Both the position numbers and the translations under genes were made by a program. Positions 59,228 to 64,000 of a stretch of 64,000 nucleotides of DNA are shown one piece after another. The stretch comes from Vicinamibacteria bacterium (lineage in GTDB: Bacteria > Acidobacteriota > Vicinamibacteria > Marinacidobacterales > Marinacidobacteraceae): assembly GCA_963555995.3 (NCBI GenBank), contig OY821641.1, positions 1,536,001 through 1,600,000 on the forward strand. Reading direction: 5' to 3'. Each line of letters opens with the position of its first letter. The stretch's first letter is position 1. Below the pieces are notes generated by a model. That model worked only from the letters and a program-made list of their open reading frames with translations, ran no database searches and was not told the DNA's origin.

Positions 59228-60067
59228 TTGAGCGTACCGGTAGCGGGACTGCCCGCCGCGCGGAACGCCGGTAGCGGCGCGCCTCGCGTTGCGGCGGGCG
59301 GAGGCGGAGCGCCGGCGACGGACCGGGAAGCGGGCGCGGCGCACGTCCTGGCCTGTCACGACCTGGTCAAGAGCTACGGCATGCGCCGGGTCGTGGATGA
59401 GGTGACGGTACGGGTGGAGAGCGGCGAGGTGGTGGGACTCCTGGGACCCAACGGCGCCGGCAAGACCACCACGTTCCGCATGATCGTCGGGTTGATCCAG
59501 CCGGACTCCGGAACCGTCTCGCTGGACGAACGGAACCTCACCGGACTGGCCATGCACCGCCGGGCGCGCTCGGGCATCGGATATCTCCCGCAGGAACCAT
59601 CCATCTTCCGGGGCCTCACCGTCGAGGAGAACGTGCTGGCCATCCTCGAGGCGGTGCCCCGGATGGGACGGCGCGAGCGGCGCGAGCGGGCCGGGGCGCT
59701 GCTCGCCGAGTTCGGCCTCACCGAGCGCCGGCGCAACCTGGGGCACTCCCTTTCCGGGGGAGAGCGCCGGCGGGCGGAGATCGCCCGCGCGCTCGCGCCA
59801 GATCCCCGCTTCCTGTTGCTGGACGAACCCTTCGCCGCCATTGATCCGATCGCGGTTTCCGAGCTGCAGCGGATCGTCGGCAGCCTGCGCGACCGGGGAC
59901 TCGGCGTGCTCGTCACCGATCACAGCGTGCGCGAGACCCTCCGGGTCACCGACCGGGCATACATCATTGAAGAAGGCCGCATCCTGTTCGAGGGCACGCC
60001 CGCGGAACTGGTGGAGAGCCCCGAGGTGCGCCGGGCCTACCTCGGCGAGGATTTCGACTGGCAGTGA
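59228..60067 (+). CDS. lptB: LPS export ABC transporter ATP-binding protein
   Basis: [44 protein letters not shown]. Confidence 0.95.
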   Translation: MSVPVAGLPAARNAGSGAPRVAAGGGGAPATDREAGAAHVLACHDLVKSYGMRRVVDEVTVRVESGEVVGLLGPNGAGKTTTFRMIVGLIQPDSGTVSLDERNLTGLAMHRRARSGIGYLPQEPSIFRGLTVEENVLAILEAVPRMGRRERRERAGALLAEFGLTERRRNLGHSLSGGERRRAEIARALAPDPRFLLLDEPFAAIDPIAVSELQRIVGSLRDRGLGVLVTDHSVRETLRVTDRAYIIEEGRILFEGTPAELVESPEVRRAYLGEDFDWQ

Positions 60068-61557
60068 GCACGAGGCCGGGAACCCGCACGGAGTTGCGGG
60101 TCGGGGCACGCCAGCAGCAGCGGCTCACGTTGACGCCGCAGGTGCGGCAGACCATCGAGATGCTCGTGCTGCCCCTCACCGAGCTCCGGGTTCGGGTGCA
60201 GCAGGAGCTGCTCCAGAACCCCGCGCTCGAGGAGGTGGCCGAAGAGGAGGAAGAGGATTCCGAATCCGAGGACCTGGAAGCGGAGGGGGAGAGCGAGGCG
60301 GAGGAGAGCGCGCCCGACGACGACCCCGACCCGATGGCGGAGATCGAGGCCGAGGACTTCTTCCAGGAGAACCAGGACAACACCGGAGGGCTGGCTCTCG
60401 GCGAGGAACCGCCCGCCCTCGAGCGGACGCTGGCGGCCGGCCGCACGCTCGCCCAGCACCTGATCGAGCAGCTCGGTCCGTCCGTCGAGACGGAACTCGA
60501 GCGGAGGATCGGCCTCGAGATCATCGGGAACCTCGACGAGCGCGGGTATCTCGACGCCTCGGTTGCCGAGATCGCCGCCGCCGTCGGAGTGCCGGACGAT
60601 CAGGTCGAGGCGATGCGCCGGCGCATCCTGCGTTTCGATCCGACCGGCGTCGCCGCCCTCGATCTGGCGGAGTGCCTGCTGGCGCAGCTCGAGGCGGCCG
60701 GCCAGTCCGCCGGGCCGCTCGGCAGGATCGTGGGGGAGCACCTGGATCTCGTCATCCGGGAGCGTTTTCGGGAACTCGCCCGCGTCATGGGCGCGGAGGT
60801 CACCGTCGTGATGCGTTGGGTTCGCCGGATCGGGGAACTGGATTTCCGCCCCGGCAGCCAGTTCGCGCCGGGTCCGGAGCAGGTGGTGGTGCCGGACGCC
60901 CGGGTCTACCTGTTCAACGGAGAGTGGCGGGTCGAGATGAGCGACGGGATTCCGAAGCTCCGCACCAGTCCGGCCTACCGGATGGTGTTGAAGAGTCCCG
61001 ACCGGCACACCCCGCAGGAGCAGGCGTTTGCGCGCGAGGCCTGGGTCCGCGCGAAGGGATTCCAGCGGTCGGTGCAGCAGCGCCAGGAGACCGTTCGGCT
61101 GGTCGCGGAGGACATCGTGCGCAAGCAGACCGCGTTCCTGAACCGGGGAATCGCCCACATCCGGCCGCTCGTCCTGAACGACGTCGCGCAGGACATCGGG
61201 CGCGCGGAATCCACGGTCTCGCGAGTGGTGAGCAACAAGTTCCTGGAGACTCCCCGCGGCGTCATCCCCTTCCGGCGTTTCTTCCACAGCGCCCTGGCGC
61301 TGCGCGACGGGCGCCAGGTGTCATCGGAGGCGGTCCGGGCTCGCGTGCAGCGGATCGTCGAACGCGAAGATCCCGAGCATCCGCTGGCTGACGACCAGAT
61401 CGTGCAGCTTCTCGACCGCGAGGGGATCATCATCGCGCGCCGCACGGTGGCCAAGTACCGCAAGTCCCTCCGAATCCCGTCCTCCAACGAACGGCGCGCC
61501 CGCTACCGCAACCGCGCCCCCGGACGGACTTCCGGCTGGGGATCCGCCAGAGGTTGA
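60064..61557 (+). CDS. rpoN: RNA polymerase sigma-54 factor
   Basis: Q/L-rich region I, NPALE, ESTVSR, RpoN box ARRTVAKYR. Confidence 0.96.
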   Translation: MSTRPGTRTELRVGARQQQRLTLTPQVRQTIEMLVLPLTELRVRVQQELLQNPALEEVAEEEEEDSESEDLEAEGESEAEESAPDDDPDPMAEIEAEDFFQENQDNTGGLALGEEPPALERTLAAGRTLAQHLIEQLGPSVETELERRIGLEIIGNLDERGYLDASVAEIAAAVGVPDDQVEAMRRRILRFDPTGVAALDLAECLLAQLEAAGQSAGPLGRIVGEHLDLVIRERFRELARVMGAEVTVVMRWVRRIGELDFRPGSQFAPGPEQVVVPDARVYLFNGEWRVEMSDGIPKLRTSPAYRMVLKSPDRHTPQEQAFAREAWVRAKGFQRSVQQRQETVRLVAEDIVRKQTAFLNRGIAHIRPLVLNDVAQDIGRAESTVSRVVSNKFLETPRGVIPFRRFFHSALALRDGRQVSSEAVRARVQRIVEREDPEHPLADDQIVQLLDREGIIIARRTVAKYRKSLRIPSSNERRARYRNRAPGRTSGWGSARG

Positions 61558-61582
61558 CCGGCAGCGGCGGCTCCCGGATACT
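61554..61582 (+). promoter_or_regulatory. Putative internal sigma70 promoter for leaderless EIIA-ptsH-ptsI
   Basis: TTGACC-17 nt-GATACT, then 8 nt to ATG 61591. Confidence 0.5.
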
Positions 61583-61590
61583 GCCCGGCG

Positions 61591-62082
61591 ATGATCGGCA
61601 TCGTGGTGGTCACCCACGGGCAACTGGCGAGAGAGCTCGTAGCGGCCGCGGAAATGATCACCGGCGAGGACATTCCCAACGCCACCAGTGTTTCCATCGG
61701 CTGGCACGACGCTCCCGACGATGCCCAGCGAGCCATCGTGACGGCGGTGGAACGCGTCTCCGGAACGGAGGGGGCGGTCATCCTGACGGACATGTTCGGG
61801 GGGACGCCGTCCAACCTGGCGCTCAGCCTCCTCAACGAGGGCCAGGTGGAAGTCGTGACGGGGGTGAACCTTCCCATGCTCATCCGCCTGGTCTCGATCC
61901 GCGAGGAAGAACAGGTCGGCCCGGCCGAAGCGGCGCGGGCGGCGCTCTTCCAGGGCAAGGAGAACATCTATCTCGCCTCCGAACTGCTCGGGGGCGGGCT
62001 CCGGGCCGCAACGGCGAGCGAGGAGTCCGGCAAGGCGCCGGACACGGTTCCCGAGGATCAGGCCGGCCCGGACCGGGACTGA
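61591..62082 (+). CDS. PTS mannose/fructose-type EIIA component
   Basis: MIGIVVVTHG, LTDMFGGTPSN, TGVNLPMLI. Confidence 0.92.
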   Translation: MIGIVVVTHGQLARELVAAAEMITGEDIPNATSVSIGWHDAPDDAQRAIVTAVERVSGTEGAVILTDMFGGTPSNLALSLLNEGQVEVVTGVNLPMLIRLVSIREEEQVGPAEAARAALFQGKENIYLASELLGGGLRAATASEESGKAPDTVPEDQAGPDRD

Positions 62083-62100
62083 CCCGGAAAAGAAGGGAGC

Positions 62101-62409
62101 GTGCCGGAACGGATCGTCCTGGTCACGAACCAGTTGGGGATGCACGCCCGCGCGGCGGCGCGCTTCGTGAAGACCGCGGCGCGTTACGAAGCCGTGGTGA
62201 CGGTGACCCGCGGCGAGACCACCATTGACGGCAAGAGCATCCTGGGGCTTCTGTTCCTGGCCGCGGCCAAGGGCAGCCGGCTGCGGATCCACACCTCGGG
62301 GCGCGAGGCGGAACCGGCGCTCGAGGCCCTGACCAGGCTGGTCCGCGACGGGATCGGAGATCCGCCCGAGTCGGGGACCGACGGCGCCGGGGCGGGTGAG
62401 CGGCGATGA
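62101..62409 (+). CDS. ptsH: Phosphocarrier protein HPr
   Basis: GMHARAA (His15) and DGKSILGLL (Ser46). Confidence 0.94.
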   Translation: MPERIVLVTNQLGMHARAAARFVKTAARYEAVVTVTRGETTIDGKSILGLLFLAAAKGSRLRIHTSGREAEPALEALTRLVRDGIGDPPESGTDGAGAGERR

Positions 62410-64000
62410 TGGTCGCGGTCTCCCGGAGCGATGCCGGCCGGCCCCGCCCCGGGGAGACCGTTCTGCGCGGTGAACCGGCGGCGCCGGGAATCTGCGTGGC
62501 GCCCACGATCGTCTTCGAGCGGCGCGCCGTCCCGGTGTTCCGGGTGGAAGTCAGGCGGCGGGAGATCGGGCAGGAAATCCGCCGCTTCACCGAGGCCCGC
62601 GAGCGGGCAGCGGAACAACTCCGCGAGATCCGCGAGTCCACCCGGCGCGCGCTGGGACAGGACCGCGCCTACCTGTTCGAGGCGCAGCGCCTGATGCTCG
62701 GCGACCCGCTCCTGGTCGAGCGGGTGCAGGAAGTGATCCGGTCCGAGCGCGTGAACGCCGAGTGGGCGGTGCGGACCGTGCTGCGGGAACTCGAGGCGAT
62801 CTTCGACGGGCTCGCCGACGAGTACCTGCGGCAGCGGAAGGGTGACATCGCGGATGTCGGCGGGCGGCTGCTCCAGAACCTGGGCGGCGCCGCCCGTCCG
62901 TCCCTCGAACGCTGGGAACGCCGGCACGTGGTCGCCGCGGACGATCTGCGTCCCTCGGACACCGCCGAGCTCGACTGGGGCAAGGTCCAGGGCGTCATCA
63001 TGGAGGCGGGCGGGCCGACGTACCACACCGCGATCCTGGCCCGGACCCACGACGTGCCCTGCGTGACCGGGATTCCCGCTCTGCTCGACCACATCCATAC
63101 CGACCTGCCGGTCGTCGTGGACGGCTCCGAGGGAATCGTGGTAGTGAATCCGGCGCGGGAGACCGTGGCCGGGTACCGCCGGAAGCGTGAGCGGGAACGG
63201 GAACGCCGCCGCCGCCTGCTGGCCGCCACGGCGTCGCAGGCCCGTACCGCGAACGGCGAGCGGGTCGTCCTGATGGCGAACATGGACGAACCGGGCGAGA
63301 TTGATCTCGTCCGCCGCCACGGCGCCGAGGGGGTCGGCCTCTTCCGTACCGAACGGATCGCCGTCCAGGAGATCCCCTCCGAGGAGGAACAGTTCCGGAT
63401 CTACCGGGACCTGGCCCAGGCGCTCGAACCGCATCCGCTGGTGATCCGGGCGTTCGATCTCACCGCGACGGACATCGGCCGCGCGCCGGAGCTGAACCCC
63501 GCGCTCGGGCTGCGCGGCGCCCGGCTGCTGGTGATGGCGTCCGGCATCTTCGAGACCCAGATTCGGGCGGTGCTCCGTGCCGCGGTGCACGGCAAGGTCC
63601 AGTTGATGTTCCCGATGGTGGGCGGGCTCGAGGAGTTCCGGGCGGCGCGCACGCATGTCCGGGCGGCGATCCGGACGCTCCGCTACCGGGACGCGCCGTT
63701 TCGGGAGGTTCCGGTCGGCGCGATGCTGGAGGTGCCCTCGGCGGCGGCGACCGCCGACCTGCTGGGGCAGGAGGCGGAGTTCCTCAGCATCGGAACCAAC
63801 GATCTGATGCAGTACCTCTTCGGCGTGGACCGGGCGAACGAACGCGTCGCGCACTTCAGCGATCCGCTCCATCCCGCGCTCCTCCGCACCCTCCGGTTCG
63901 TGGCCCGCGTCTGCCGCCGTACCGGCCTGCCGCTGGCGGTCTGCGGCGAGGTCGCGGCGGAACCGCTCATGATTCCGCTGCTGCTGGGCTTCGGGGTGCG
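62406..64000 (+). CDS. ptsI: PEP-protein phosphotransferase (enzyme I), 3' end outside window
   Basis: Manual translation from ATG 62406: GGPTYHTAILAR, GVGLFRTE, ELNPALGLRG, SIGTNDLMQY, VCGEVA. Confidence 0.93.
   Translation, partial: MMVAVSRSDAGRPRPGETVLRGEPAAPGICVAPTIVFERRAVPVFRVEVRRREIGQEIRRFTEARERAAEQLREIRESTRRALGQDRAYLFEAQRLMLGDPLLVERVQEVIRSERVNAEWAVRTVLRELEAIFDGLADEYLRQRKGDIADVGGRLLQNLGGAARPSLERWERRHVVAADDLRPSDTAELDWGKVQGVIMEAGGPTYHTAILARTHDVPCVTGIPALLDHIHTDLPVVVDGSEGIVVVNPARETVAGYRRKRERERERRRRLLAATASQARTANGERVVLMANMDEPGEIDLVRRHGAEGVGLFRTERIAVQEIPSEEEQFRIYRDLAQALEPHPLVIRAFDLTATDIGRAPELNPALGLRGARLLVMASGIFETQIRAVLRAAVHGKVQLMFPMVGGLEEFRAARTHVRAAIRTLRYRDAPFREVPVGAMLEVPSAAATADLLGQEAEFLSIGTNDLMQYLFGVDRANERVAHFSDPLHPALLRTLRFVARVCRRTGLPLAVCGEVAAEPLMIPLLLGFGV

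Overview
Very GC-rich (roughly 70% by eye), gene-dense bacterial core-chromosome segment. Gene content and order suggest a diderm, probably Acidobacteriota; this is an inference, not proven. It carries: an aguA-NhaC-aguB-yhhQ cluster; a long minus-strand run (tRNA-Gly, bactofilin, ald, lipoate ligase, grpE, dnaJ, rsmE, soluble Ser/Thr kinase, recX, alaS); GDP-mannose genes; def-fmt-GDPD-rsmB-PASTA-rpe-bamD; a Cu(I) P1B-ATPase; DUF3500 and DUF349 proteins; gdh; a TAXI-TRAP transporter; mutS; tsaB; psd-pssA; a ~1314-aa orphan sensor kinase; guaA-dnaE; and accA-lptC/A-lptB-rpoN-EIIA-ptsH-ptsI. I saw no CRISPR array, prophage, transposase or defence system. The most striking non-coding signal is a 181-bp TA-flanked palindromic element (3 full copies, 1 degenerate copy, 2 solo ends). 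Its stems show compensatory changes between copies, strand-specific G-T pairs, a GNA triloop and an ERIC-like core. Other leads: a possible split PrkC-like system (PASTA-only membrane protein plus kinase-only protein), a lipoprotein-type agmatine deiminase, REP-like inverted repeats bracketing copA, a sigma54 site upstream of the rpoN operon, and many leaderless-type promoters. All calls are by eye from motifs; no database searches were run.
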